DNA of 62,450 bases, the filler included, from Dimargaris cristalligena (lineage: Eukaryota), in the NCBI GenBank assembly GCA_003614675.1. It is 3 parts of 3 records of this genome, joined end to end, with 100 filler letters (N's around TTAATTAATTAA, not from the genome) between each part and the next. Parts side by side here need not be neighbours in the genome. Positions count along the whole stretch, not along the records: positions 20,962 to 41,711 come from ML002688.1; 2 more parts are not named here. One strand, written 5' to 3'. Made by a program: the position numbers and the translations under genes. Each line of letters begins with the position of its first letter. Position 1 is the first letter of the stretch. The notes beneath the pieces were generated by a model. It was not told where the DNA came from and did not search any database. It saw only the letters and a program-made list of their open reading frames with translations. Shown here in pieces: positions 22,903 through 34,165 of this stretch.

Positions 22903-23835
22903 TTAGTCGAACAGACCGAAACCCATATCGTCATCAGACTCGTCCTCCTCAGCGGCGGGGGCGCTTTCCTGAGCGGCCGAGGTAGACTCGGTAGCAGCAG
23001 CAGTGGGGGCAGCGACGGCGAAAGCGGAGGGATCGGCGAGGTAAGCTTTGATCTGCTCGGAACCGGCGAAGGTGTACTCGGTGGCGACGGAGACGGCCAG
23101 GAGATCCTTGTAGTGGTTGATGAGCATATGGGGCACGGCGGCGACGGTGGGGTAGTTAATGCGCAGGGACAGGGCGGCGATGGTGGTGATACCAACAGTG
23201 AACTGTTCCAGAAGGGCGGACTCCTCAATGTCGAGCACGTGGGGGGCGAAAGTGGTACCATCGTCGTAGACCTGGATGACGGTCATACCGTAGGTGAAGG
23301 GAGAGATGTTCAACATGTTGAGCAGGGTAGCTTCGGAGGCACCGACCTTGCTGCCGATTTGCACCAAGTGCATATCGTTCACAATTTCGATGGTACCACG
23401 GGCAATCTTAGTGGGGACACCGAGGGCCTGGAAGAAGGAGGTCTTACCGGGTTCCATACCAGTGTTACCGGCGGGGACCCACACATCGACGGGGGCGAGG
23501 GCACCGGCACGGGCGGGGGCGCGCACGCGGTTGCTGGTGATGACCTCACGGATTTCTTTCAGGTCTTGGTTGGTGAACACGAAACCGACGTTACCCTTAA
23601 CGTGGGGGAGCAGACGCTCGTACTGAGGGTAGTCAGCGAGCATGTTCTTGAGGGCACGACGCACCATGGTGTTCTTACCCATCAGGACGAAACCCTTGCC
23701 GCGCAGAGAGCGACGGATTTCGTGCATCTGGTTGGAACCGACATTGTCGACGTTAGTGATGAAGATGGACTTGTGGTTGTCCAACAGATCCTTGAGCTTG
23801 GTGAAGTAGCTGGCCTTCTTTTCTCCCTTTGACAT
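22903..23835 (-). CDS. RPP0: 60S acidic ribosomal protein P0 (uL10)
   Basis: [30 protein letters not shown]-terminal [15 protein letters not shown]. Confidence 0.98.
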   Translation of the reverse strand: MSKGEKKASYFTKLKDLLDNHKSIFITNVDNVGSNQMHEIRRSLRGKGFVLMGKNTMVRRALKNMLADYPQYERLLPHVKGNVGFVFTNQDLKEIREVITSNRVRAPARAGALAPVDVWVPAGNTGMEPGKTSFFQALGVPTKIARGTIEIVNDMHLVQIGSKVGASEATLLNMLNISPFTYGMTVIQVYDDGTTFAPHVLDIEESALLEQFTVGITTIAALSLRINYPTVAAVPHMLINHYKDLLAVSVATEYTFAGSEQIKAYLADPSAFAVAAPTAAATESTSAAQESAPAAEEDESDDDMGFGLFD

Positions 23836-23912
23836 CTTGACGCTAACTTTGATTCGGGGGTGAACGGAGTTGAGGTTGTGTTCAAGGGGTTTGGCGTTGA
23901 CGACGAGTAACG

Positions 23913-24149
23913 CTGGATTTTAAAGACTGTGGGGACGATGGGGTTGTGTATGGTAGACAAGTATAAGTCAAACGGGGAGTGAGCGAACTGGGTTGGTGGA
24001 TTGGCGGTTAAGGGTGCCGTATACATCATTGTATCCATCCATCCATCTACCTATCTACACCTCGATTGGTTGGTCAAACTGACGACATACGGATGGACGG
24101 ATGGAGACTGTGCGGGATATTTACACTGTAGAGATCGATGACTACTTAC
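23913..24149 (-). other. Probable 5'-UTR intron of RPP0
   Basis: GTAAGT donor at 24149, CAG acceptor at 23913 (about 78 nt before the ATG), TATAAA near 24215 upstream. Confidence 0.6.
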
Positions 24150-25334
24150 ATATTGGGCTATATTTCGAAAATGAAGAGACAGAACTAGGGCGAGCGAAGT
24201 GGTTAGCTTGTCTTTATACACCCCTTTAGTTAACTTTGCGAGTTGGCGGTGGTGTAGCTATTCTGCCTAGGTAATTGCCCACTTCATATTGGTAGCCATT
24301 TTAGTCACGTGAATAGACACTAGGGGATTTGGGTATCCTGTGATGGTAATGTTTCGTTGGCTGCAACCTCCCCCCCCCCCTTGAGAGTGGAATCCCATCC
24401 ATTAATCGAGTCATCCAGTTCGCCAATTCTTTCAGTCAGTTGATATATTTGCTAATAGCCTAGTAACCACTACTATGTAACTTGTAGAGTATTATTAATT
24501 AAGCTGGGTAATTATGACACTCGCATAGTAGCTAATAGCCCGTTTCATTGGTTGTAGTTCATATGGTGGAGCCTTTACGATGGTCAAACCAGGGTAATTT
24601 TACATATGAATCTTCATTGCCCGATCTTTAGATTGTTCTCGTTGATTGGAGACATTTTAAAATTATAATTATTCACTTTCTGGATCGGTCAAATTCCCAA
24701 GGGTGTAAGATTCTAAAAAGTTGTCTTTATGTTTGGGCCATTATCTAGTAGACCCTGACGATACATCGAGTTACGATCTAATCTATCAATGTAATAGTAT
24801 ATTTACAATCGAATCCCCTTTTTCAAGAAGTTGGATATGCGTATGCGAAGAACAATACCTAATTGATACGCAGTGATAGTCAAATCATATTCCTAGATTC
24901 ATCAGACTGGAGTGGCGGACCATTCACAATGCATATCTCAGATGGCAAGGGGCATCGTATTAAACTTATTACAGTGCTCTCAAACTTGATCACTAAATCC
25001 TGAAATGATAAAGTACCCTATATTAATGCAGTCACGTTGCCAAATCCCTGATCAATATATAAGCGGTCACCCCACATAGGAGAAAGGACTACCCAATTCA
25101 AATTGATCAACAGCAAAAGGTTGGAATGAAATATCATTTTATTGTCTCAGTAACCCGAGATACCACAAAGGGCGATGGTGAGAATGCAAACGAAAGAATG
25201 GAGACGAGGATCCGTACAAACCGTCGACAGACGCGACCGGACTCCATGGCATACCCAAGGACCACCAACGGACAAGAAAGCGGAGAGGGGAGGAGATAAG
25301 AGAGATTTGCAGCAAAACGCCATATGAGGTATAT

Positions 25335-26796
25335 TTACTGGTTGTCGCGCTTGAGCTTGCCCAGGAAAGCGTACTTCTCTTCGCTGGTCTGGAATCGACC
25401 GTGGCCGAGCTTGGAGGAGGTATCGATGAACTTGAGGTTGACCTTCTCCAGGGCGGAGCGCTTGGTGTGGACGCGCAGGGACTTGCGGAGGGTCAGAACA
25501 CGCTTGCGGACACCGACACAGGCACCCTTGATCATGACGAAGTCTTCAGTGACCACACCGTAGTGGGGGAAACCACCCATGGGGGTGATACTCTTGACGG
25601 TCAGATCGAACTCGGTGGCGGCGTTGGACTTGTCCTCGGCCTTACCGATACGGTAGATCTTCTTGTTCAGCTCAGTACGGTGGTGGAAACCGTTCTGACC
25701 AGCACGGGCCACGGAGTACATGACACGGCTAGGATGCCAGGCACCAATACAGGCGACCTTACGCAGACCCTTGTGGGTCTTGCGGGGCAGCTTCTTGGTT
25801 CCCCAACGGTGGGTGACACCCTCGAAACCCTTACCCTTGGTGACACCGATGATATCGATCATCTCGTCCTGTTCGAAGACGGAACCGACATCAACGGTCT
25901 TCTCGAAGTGGGAGTGGGCCCATTCGACCTTATCGGCGATGCTACCACCGTTGAGCTGGATTTCCATGATGTGGGCCTTCTTGGCGCCAATGCGGACCTT
26001 GGAGATCTGGGTGTGGGCAATCACACGGACGAACTGGCAGTACTTCTTGATGCGCTCCATATCACGCTCCAGGGACTTGGTGTTTTCGGCGTAGTTCTTG
26101 GAGTAGTTAGTGAAGGCCTTGTGCTTGGAGCTGTACCAGTTCTTGTAGAAGCGGCGACGCACCTCGTCGTTCAGGTGCTCGGCCCAGACGGAGGTCAGGG
26201 CGCGGAGGCCGCGGGGGGTCTTGACGTAGCCGACCATACCGACGATCACCATAGCGGGGGCTTCGATGATAGTGACGGGTTCCACGACTTCCTTCTTGTG
26301 CATCTTGGAGCCGGGGCGGTCCAAGTCACGCACCACATGGGTCATACCGGCCTTGTAGGCCAGGAAGGCGGTCAGGTGGACGGGCTTCTTGGGGTCGTCC
26401 TTAGGGAAGGCGCGGACACGGCCCTGAACGCGGTTAGCGCGCTTGCGGGGCAGGAAACCCAAATGACCGTGGCGGGGAGCTTCGAACTTGCGGTGAGACT
26501 AATTGGGAGAGGAAGTTAGGAGAATGTGATGGTTTGGATTCATAAGGATTAGCATGTTGAATGGGGGAAGGGGTCGTGGTGGGTGGATTGGCTTGGAGTA
26601 GATGGTGCAGCTATCCTAATATGGATGTATCGCAACCCTAGTACGTTCGGTTCATTTCAATTCAAATCACGAACCATCCATCCATCCATCGAGTGGATTC
26701 CTTCATGTAGGATGCCGATTAACATCGATCCAACGGCAACGGACGGGGGTTCGTCAGTCCGATCGGGCAGCGTGACGGGGTGTGGCGACTTACCAT
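25335..26796 (-). CDS. RPL3: 60S ribosomal protein L3 (uL3), 388 aa
   Basis: ATG-only exon 26796-26794, GTAAGT...TAG intron, exon 2 26498-25335 giving [21 protein letters not shown]...; [17 protein letters not shown] motif. Confidence 0.98.
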
Positions 26797-27887
26797 CTTG
26801 AGCGACCTCTGAATCTGGTATGTGTAGGAAAAATACAGGTGGAAAGAAAGAGGGGGAACTTGGTCGGGCGATGGATTAGATATTTCAAATACAGGTTGGT
26901 TTGCCAGAGAAAATGCTGGGGCTGATGGGGAGGTGCAAAGACGGAGGGCTTGTGCCTACCTTGTTGAGGTGAAAAAGAAACGAACACGTGACCTCATAAG
27001 TTTACCCTCTGGACCCCATTGATTCCGGGAGGAGTCAAATTGGCGATAATACTGCCATTTGAGTGAGTTGGCAGGGTGTTTCGCCGTGCTTGTATTCCCT
27101 TAAGAGGGGTAAGGCTGGTACATCAACTAGGGAGGACAATGCCAGCCGTCATTAACGGAGATGCCAGCAAGTCTTTTGATGCGGGATCCACTTGCCGCTG
27201 GAATAGGGAGAGAGGGATATACGTGAAGAAATCTAATATGTGTTAATAAAGGAAGGCATCCAACCTATCATTGAATACGCCCAGCTAGGGAATGGTAATG
27301 AAAGCGAAGGGTGAGGCAACCTTCCTTCAACTACAGGACACTTCTTGGGGTGGCTGGTGGGTCCCCTTCCCTTTGGCTTGCCTTATAGTATTCTATTATA
27401 GACGCCCTCCTCTCCTGGCCGAGTCCGCTCTTGTCTCACACTGGGATAGGTCCTTTTTTCTACTCCTCCGACTCGATCCCGCTGCTGTCAAGTAGGCTTT
27501 CCTAACTCTTGTTGTGATTAGTTAGGGTGGTTGATTGCCTCGCCTGTTTTATTGTATAGTTCGCGTTTTCGCACTATTTCTCCCATCTCGTTGCTATGCT
27601 ACACTTATTGCCGCCATTTCCCCCATCTTTCTGTTTGACCTAGATGCCCTTTATCTCTTTTTACCCAAAGCCATTATTGCATTTCCCCCTATTTCAGTTA
27701 ATTAGACAGTTCCATTGGCGTTACCTACCTTTTCCGTACACCAATATTAGATTCTTACTTTATTCCGTCAAAACAAAAAACCACTTATAGTAGCAAGTTA
27801 GAGTTGTGACCACTATACCCTAATTCCCGTTTTCCCCCACGCATCGAACCCGTGGGTAATATTAATCAGTCGTTTAAGCCAGGTTCC

Positions 27888-27910
27888 ATATATATATATA
27901 TATATATATA
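27888..27910. repeat. (AT)n microsatellite upstream of BUR1
   Basis: Perfect AT run. Confidence 0.95.
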
Positions 27911-28058
27911 CTACATCCTAATTTTCTACAAACGATCTTGATTTCCCCATACTCCGACCCGGCCTTACCCGCATCTCAGCGTTCTTACCTATTCGCAGCA
28001 TCCAATCCCCATCTTCCTTGGTTCGCATCGCTGTCTCTCAGTCAGCGCGGGCGCGATA

Positions 28059-29804
28059 ATGCACAGACGGCCCTCCGGCAGCCAGTCCCACGCGAATGGA
28101 CCCCATCATATCATGACTCAATCCTCCACCCAACGGCATTCGCAGCCTTATGCCTCCCCGTCGCCGCGGAACCCCGTGGGGCCCGAGTCCCCTTCGGTGA
28201 ATTCGCACTACAGTCCGTCCCCACCCCAACCCAAAAAAAAATCGCACAAGAAATTCGTCGGCTGTTCGAAACTAGAGGAGTACGAGCTGGCCAACAAGCT
28301 GGGTGAGGGTACGTTCGGGGAGGTTACCAAGGCCCGCCATCGATCGACGGGCCAGATGGTGGCCCTTAAGCGGATCTTCGTACAGAGCGAAAACGATGGC
28401 GTGCATATCACTTCTATCCGGGAAATCAAGATTCTCAAATCGTTGGACCATCCCAATGTGGTGCCCCTGATCGATATCGCCATCGAACGCGGTAATTTCG
28501 CCCTCCGGCAACGGGCTAACATTTACATGGTGTTTCCCTATATGGACCACGACTTGACCGGCCTCCTCGAAAACCCCGCCGTACGCTTCACCCTACCCCA
28601 GATCAAATGCTACATGAAGCAACTGCTCAGCGGCATGCATTACCTTCATAGTCAAAAGATCCTCCATCGGGATATCAAGGCCTCCAATTTGCTCATTAAC
28701 AACCAGGGCACCCTGTGTATCGCCGATTACGGCCTGGCCCGGGCCTACGATCCGGATGCCAACGAAAAATACACCAACTGCGTGGTCACGCGGTGGTACC
28801 GTCCTCCGGAACTTCTGCTTAGCGAAAGCCGATACACGAGTGCCATCGATATGTGGGCCATTGGGTGCGTCCTGGGTGAAATGCTCCGGGGCAAACCCAT
28901 TCTTCCGGGTCACTCCGACCTGGAGCAACTCGACTGTATCTTCCGGCTCTGCGGGTCGCCCAGCGAGTACACTATGCCCGGTTGGAACGACCTGCCGGGT
29001 TGCGAAGGGGTCAAGTCCTTCAAATCCTATCCCCGGCGGGTCAAACAGGAGTTCTCTAACGATAACGTGCATGCCGCCGACCTCCTCGATAAACTCCTGG
29101 TACTGAATCCCAAGAAGCGGCTCACGGCCTCCCAGGCCCTCGACCACGAGTTCTTCTGGTCGGAACCTTTACCGGCCGACCCCGCTGACTTGCCAACCTA
29201 CGAGGCTAGCCACGAATTCGATATCCGTCAGCGTAAAAAGGAGCAGCGGGAACTGGAGCTGAACCGGGAAAAGGATCGCGATCGCAAAATGAACCAGGCC
29301 GGTGGGGGACACAATCCGAGCAATGGTGGCGGTGGAGGAGGAGGTGGTGGCCAGCACTACAATCCAGCCCACCATCATCACCACAACGGCCCCGCCCCAT
29401 CTCTGCCTCCAATATCGACTTCCACTTCCATGTCGGCCGTTGGTGGTCCGGGTGGGTCACGTAACGACGGTGGGTTTCACCACCGGTCCCATCATAATAA
29501 CGGCGGTGGGCCAAGTCATTCCAATGGTAGTAGTAGTGGCCGGCCATCCACTTCCAATCGGCCAACGGGTGGTAATGGGGGCGGAGGAGGGCCTACCCGA
29601 CCCCCCAAACGCTCCGCTGTCGGTCCTTCCGGGGCCCCAGCAAGTGGAACGCGGGATAGTACAAGTGGAAGTCAGACTCGACCATCCGGAAACCATCAAC
29701 CACCTCATTCACACTCCAATCCACCTTATAATTCTAGGCATTATAATTCAAATTCAAATGCCAATTCAAACTCAAATAATTCCAATGGGTATCGACGTCA
29801 TTAG
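28059..29804 (+). CDS. BUR1: Cyclin-dependent kinase of the BUR1/SGV1 (CDK9-like) family with a low-complexity G/N/H/S tail
   Basis: LGEGTFGEV, HITSIREIKILK (PITALRE position), YMVFPYMDHDLTGLL, HRDIKASNLL, YTNCVVTRWYRPPELLL, LPTYEASHE. Confidence 0.88.
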   Translation: MHRRPSGSQSHANGPHHIMTQSSTQRHSQPYASPSPRNPVGPESPSVNSHYSPSPPQPKKKSHKKFVGCSKLEEYELANKLGEGTFGEVTKARHRSTGQMVALKRIFVQSENDGVHITSIREIKILKSLDHPNVVPLIDIAIERGNFALRQRANIYMVFPYMDHDLTGLLENPAVRFTLPQIKCYMKQLLSGMHYLHSQKILHRDIKASNLLINNQGTLCIADYGLARAYDPDANEKYTNCVVTRWYRPPELLLSESRYTSAIDMWAIGCVLGEMLRGKPILPGHSDLEQLDCIFRLCGSPSEYTMPGWNDLPGCEGVKSFKSYPRRVKQEFSNDNVHAADLLDKLLVLNPKKRLTASQALDHEFFWSEPLPADPADLPTYEASHEFDIRQRKKEQRELELNREKDRDRKMNQAGGGHNPSNGGGGGGGGGQHYNPAHHHHHNGPAPSLPPISTSTSMSAVGGPGGSRNDGGFHHRSHHNNGGGPSHSNGSSSGRPSTSNRPTGGNGGGGGPTRPPKRSAVGPSGAPASGTRDSTSGSQTRPSGNHQPPHSHSNPPYNSRHYNSNSNANSNSNNSNGYRRH

Positions 29805-30890
29805 AACCGGCTGCTATTTAGCGAAATGCTCAGAGGGGGACACCATCGATATCCTCAGCCTTTCTGAAATGCTTTTACCGTGTTTGTAGTGTGCTCTTTT
29901 GAAGATAAAGTTGCTTTAGTATCTCGTCTTTTCTTTTTGGTTCATGACGACTTTTTCTTATATATATATATTTATACCTCTTTTTATTTTTCTCTTTCTT
30001 CTGATTCACCATGTCCTCCAAGTGATATCGCGCGTTCCCGGACCTGCTGGTTATGCTTGGCTCGAGTGTTTGACCGGATTACTTTTACCTTGCTCAAGGT
30101 CGTATAGCCTGTCCTTCAAAACGGTTACCTCTCTAAACCTGACTAGTATGGTCCCCTGTCCCTCCGAATTATGGTCCGCATCGTCCCCTATACTGAATAC
30201 CCATCTCCCGTGTCCATGTTTATTGTTCACGCCCCTCTATTCCCCCCCCCCCCCCCAATGTACCTTTAACCCCCTATAAATACAATCGCTATTGATTTTT
30301 CTTACCGTTTACATCGTTGGGCTCCATATGTATGTATTTAATCTGACTTTGCGCTATATAGCAAATTGTTCTAAAGTTTATTTTATACACCCACCAACCC
30401 AGGGCATGTTATTCTGTTAAATTTCGATCATAATTAAGCTTTAATCTGATTATCAGCCTGACTAAGCTATTTTGTATCCCCAGGTATCAGTGCTTTTGTG
30501 GTTTTAAGCATAATGTCACCGTGGGCTGAATTTAGGCAACTCTATTATATAGCATTGTCCAAACTTACCCAAATGAACTTTCATACACTAATATAATTCA
30601 TGTACATGACTATCTCTATAGAGATACTGTACCATTAGTCAATTATGCTTCTCTATGGCCAAATCGGCAAAATTTGGTGTACTATTTTATATTTCAGATT
30701 ATGATATTTGTTTTAAAAGATGGAGGTATAGAAGAAGGAAAGATAACATATGCGTGTATGGAGTTACGAAATAATACATTCCTTTTCAACCAGGAAGCCT
30801 AGAGTGGCATTGATATCCCCCGTAAAGCATAGTTAAGTGGCCATGTTCAATCTCGGTAACCCTTTTTCCCTTCCCTCCCATAGCACCAGC

Positions 30891-33332
30891 CTATCGCAGG
30901 TAAAACCGCTGCTTGCGAAGAGAGGATGGCTTGGCATCCGAATCCATCGAGCCCTGGGGCAGTACAGAGTACTCAATATCAATATCTAAATCACGGTGGT
31001 TCTGCGGATTCTTATGGCAGATAAACTGGCCAGTAATCACATCGCCCACTTGCACTGGGAAAGGCTCCTTCAGAACAAACAAGGTCTGTTTCCAATGGGT
31101 GGGTTTACCATGCGGACCGGTGGTGAATCGATGAATAGCCTGGTTGCCCTCGCCCAGTGGAGTATTGGGGTTAGGTACCACGGGCCTAGGATTAGCCCCA
31201 GTGGCCATTAGTTCGGGGTCGTACTGCTGGAACAGGTCTTCCGAATCGGCCGGGATTTCGTCCTCCGGCCGGCGGGTGAAGTACGTATCAAAGTAGCCCA
31301 TGAATCCGTGGAACGTACCCGCCTTGGTCACGACCAAGCGTAGGGGAGTCACAAAGTCCAACGCCGCGGTTTCGACGGTGGAAATATCGATATTTTTCAG
31401 ACACTGGACGGTGGTTAGGACCGCTTCGCAAGGGATCACTTCGGCGGGGGCATCGTCGTGGAAACCCTGGGTCATGACGTTCATTTTAAATCCGTACACG
31501 TTGCGCCAGAAATGGAGGGTGTCGGTAAGGAGGTCCTCGTCCTGGAACCCGGTGAGCAAAATGCGGGTGGTGCTCGGACACAATAACCCGTCGGGCAGCA
31601 GCCAGCGGTCGCGGGCGACCAGGACCGAGTCCAGCATGGCCTCGAACAGCAGGAAATAGCCCATCCACTCGGAAATGATGATATCCACATGGGACACGGG
31701 GAGCGTAATCTCCTCGATTTTACCCTTGATGAGCGTAATGACACCGTCCAACTGGTTTTCGATGATAGTTTGGTGGGTCTTGTCGATGATATCCGAGTTG
31801 TCCACCGCGAAGACCTGGCGCGCTCCCGCGCGGGCGGCGAACATGGACAGAATACCCGTCCCGCAGCCGACATCCAGGACCACCTTGCCCTTGAAAATGT
31901 CCTTGTTGTCGTACATGAAGTCACGGTAGCCTTCGGTACGCACGGTATCCTTGAGCATCGACTCGTGGATGCCGTTACCCGCATAGGACTGGAAATAGTA
32001 GTCCGAGGGGTCCTTGCCGGCCGGCATTGTCGCCCCAGCACCACTCGTCAGCATAGGTTTACTGGACCGGTGGCCGAGCCCCAAAGTCGAGGCCGGTCCG
32101 TGGCGCTGGGACAGCGACAGGGACATCACCTGCGAAATGATGGTCCGGGCCTCGTCATCCATGACATCGTAAAAATGCGTCTTGACCATCTCCTTGTACT
32201 GTTCAAACTGCGACGAAATAAACGCCGCGCCGTTTTGGGCCTGGCTAAGCCGGTGCTGTAGATCAATCACCTGCTTCATAAGTTCGGTTTCCAACGGGGT
32301 CTGCGGGGCCGGGTAGCCTTCCAAAGTGGTGCGCTTGGTGGCCTCGATGATGTCCAGTTCAATGTCGTCAAAACACATCAGGAGTCCGTCGTTTTCGAGG
32401 ACCGGGCGGAGGTAGGCGTCGTTTTCCAAGCAGTCGGTGCCGGCGGCGATGGTCAGAGTGCGGCCATCGACGGGGGTTTCGCTTGATTGGACGCACTCGC
32501 GAATGTAGTTAATGAGCCGGACGCATTGGTAAAAATCCAGGCCTACATGGGGGAATTCATTGGGGTAATGGGCAAATATCGGCAGTAAATGAGGTTAGAT
32601 GATATTGGTGGATATATTTAACAATGCCATGGCTGGCTTTTATCGAGGTAGCGCACAAGCGGAGTGGTCTAAGATGTAAAAAAGCCCACCATTTCCCGCG
32701 CAGGACCAGCCCCCTCTATTCTTAGGCAAAGTTTTTTTTTTTGCGATATTCGACATTATCCTATTGATAGGCTCTACTTACCCAATTGGTCTTTAATAGC
32801 CACGAAGTCGAAATGGTGCTCGTTGCGACAGTGGTCGAATAGGGGTGACGGGTGGCTGAATTGTTCAGAGCAAAAGAGGCATTTCAGTTGTTCGTCCTGT
32901 TCGTCTTCCCAGTCGCTCCATTTGTCGTCTGGGATATATACGATATTAAGGGGAAGGGGTAATGCAAATTCAACGAGGCATTAGACAACTGTTGTACTGA
33001 TTTTATCAGCCAAAATTGGAACTGCTTAGCCAGGTCCACCTGAGGCAGGGGGGAAGGTACTCTGTCGAACCGAAAATTACAATTCTTCGCCATTAATTTC
33101 TGCCGAGGTAACCGGTACTTGGGATACATCAAGCAGGCCAGGGGAAGGGGTGACTACTCTTCACGGCTCCCCGTAGAATGAATGATATAATTGCCGGGGA
33201 AGGTGTTCAATTGACCTGCCCCCTGTGACAGGAAGTGCGGAGACGTTGTAGGGTTCTGGGGAACTTACCTTGGGGGTCGAACCCAGACTCGCTATACGAA
33301 ACTGCCGATTGAGAGAACTGAAGGTGGGCCAT
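30891..33332 (-). CDS. PRMT3: Protein arginine N-methyltransferase 3 (C2H2 zinc finger plus PRMT core), ~620 aa
   Basis: Exons 33332-33269, 32928-32782, 32542-30891 (phases consistent). WSDWED..KCLFC...DHC...H.FDF and LDFYQCVRLINYIR (PRMT3 zinc-finger region); YFQSY, VLDVGCGTGILS, IISEWMGY, THWKQ. Confidence 0.92.
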
Positions 33333-34165
33333 GGTGGCTGTAAACAACTCAAAGTCTCGAAAGGTAGGCGTGAAGAAGGGTTTAAATGAAAAGAGTAGGC
33401 GTGCTCGATAAAGTGAAATAAAACTAAGGCCGACTATTAAATGCCTATTGCCATACACTAATTTATTTTTAGGGAAGGTCGACTATTCTCGAGGAATGCA
33501 AGGAGTAGAGTAAGTAAGTAGCACGATGTATTTTCGAGTTGTGCCATTTGACTCGACTTGGCTTCGACATCCCCTCCTTTTTTTCTTTCCAATTCTCCGT
33601 ATGGGAGGGGGTTGCACATCCCTTTCGTTTATTATGTGGGCGAGCCATTTTCCATTTTTTTCACATTAATAGCTGGATCCATCCATTAAATCTTGTGCTT
33701 TATTCCCCACCATTTCATATTGGCTTGTTGCTGCAGTTATTGGGCAAACAAGCTGGGGGATTCGCTCATCAACTATGGGATTGTCTCCCAAACAAACGGC
33801 CAGTGGCCATTATTCAACATGGTCACGTGCATTATTGCCCACCATCAACTTACTTAGTCGCTCAAGATGCCTTTACTTAAAAACTCGGCGCCTTCCATAG
33901 CGGCATTCGAAATATTTGGTTAATTAGAAATTGATCTTAGCACAACCGGGGTGGTATGGTATGCACCCGCAATTGGGTATAGTCTTTACAAAGTGGGTCT
34001 ATACACCTCTATCATGTCGAGATAGTCTCAAATTAGAAATATTAAATGAATGTATCCCAAGTTTAGACTCTATCTTCGATTGAACCCTACAGGCATGTTG
34101 TAAAAAAAAAAGGAATGCCCCCGAGTAACCCCCTAACCCCTAATCGTTCCATAGTCGCAACAGAG

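Noticed and set aside
30242..30256. Poly-C run (also about 24369-24380)
   Set aside because: Isolated homopolymers with no further structure; length unreliable.
34126..34144. TAACCC-like telomeric repeats
   Set aside because: Only 2-3 imperfect units in the LRO1 3' region, internal to a contig.
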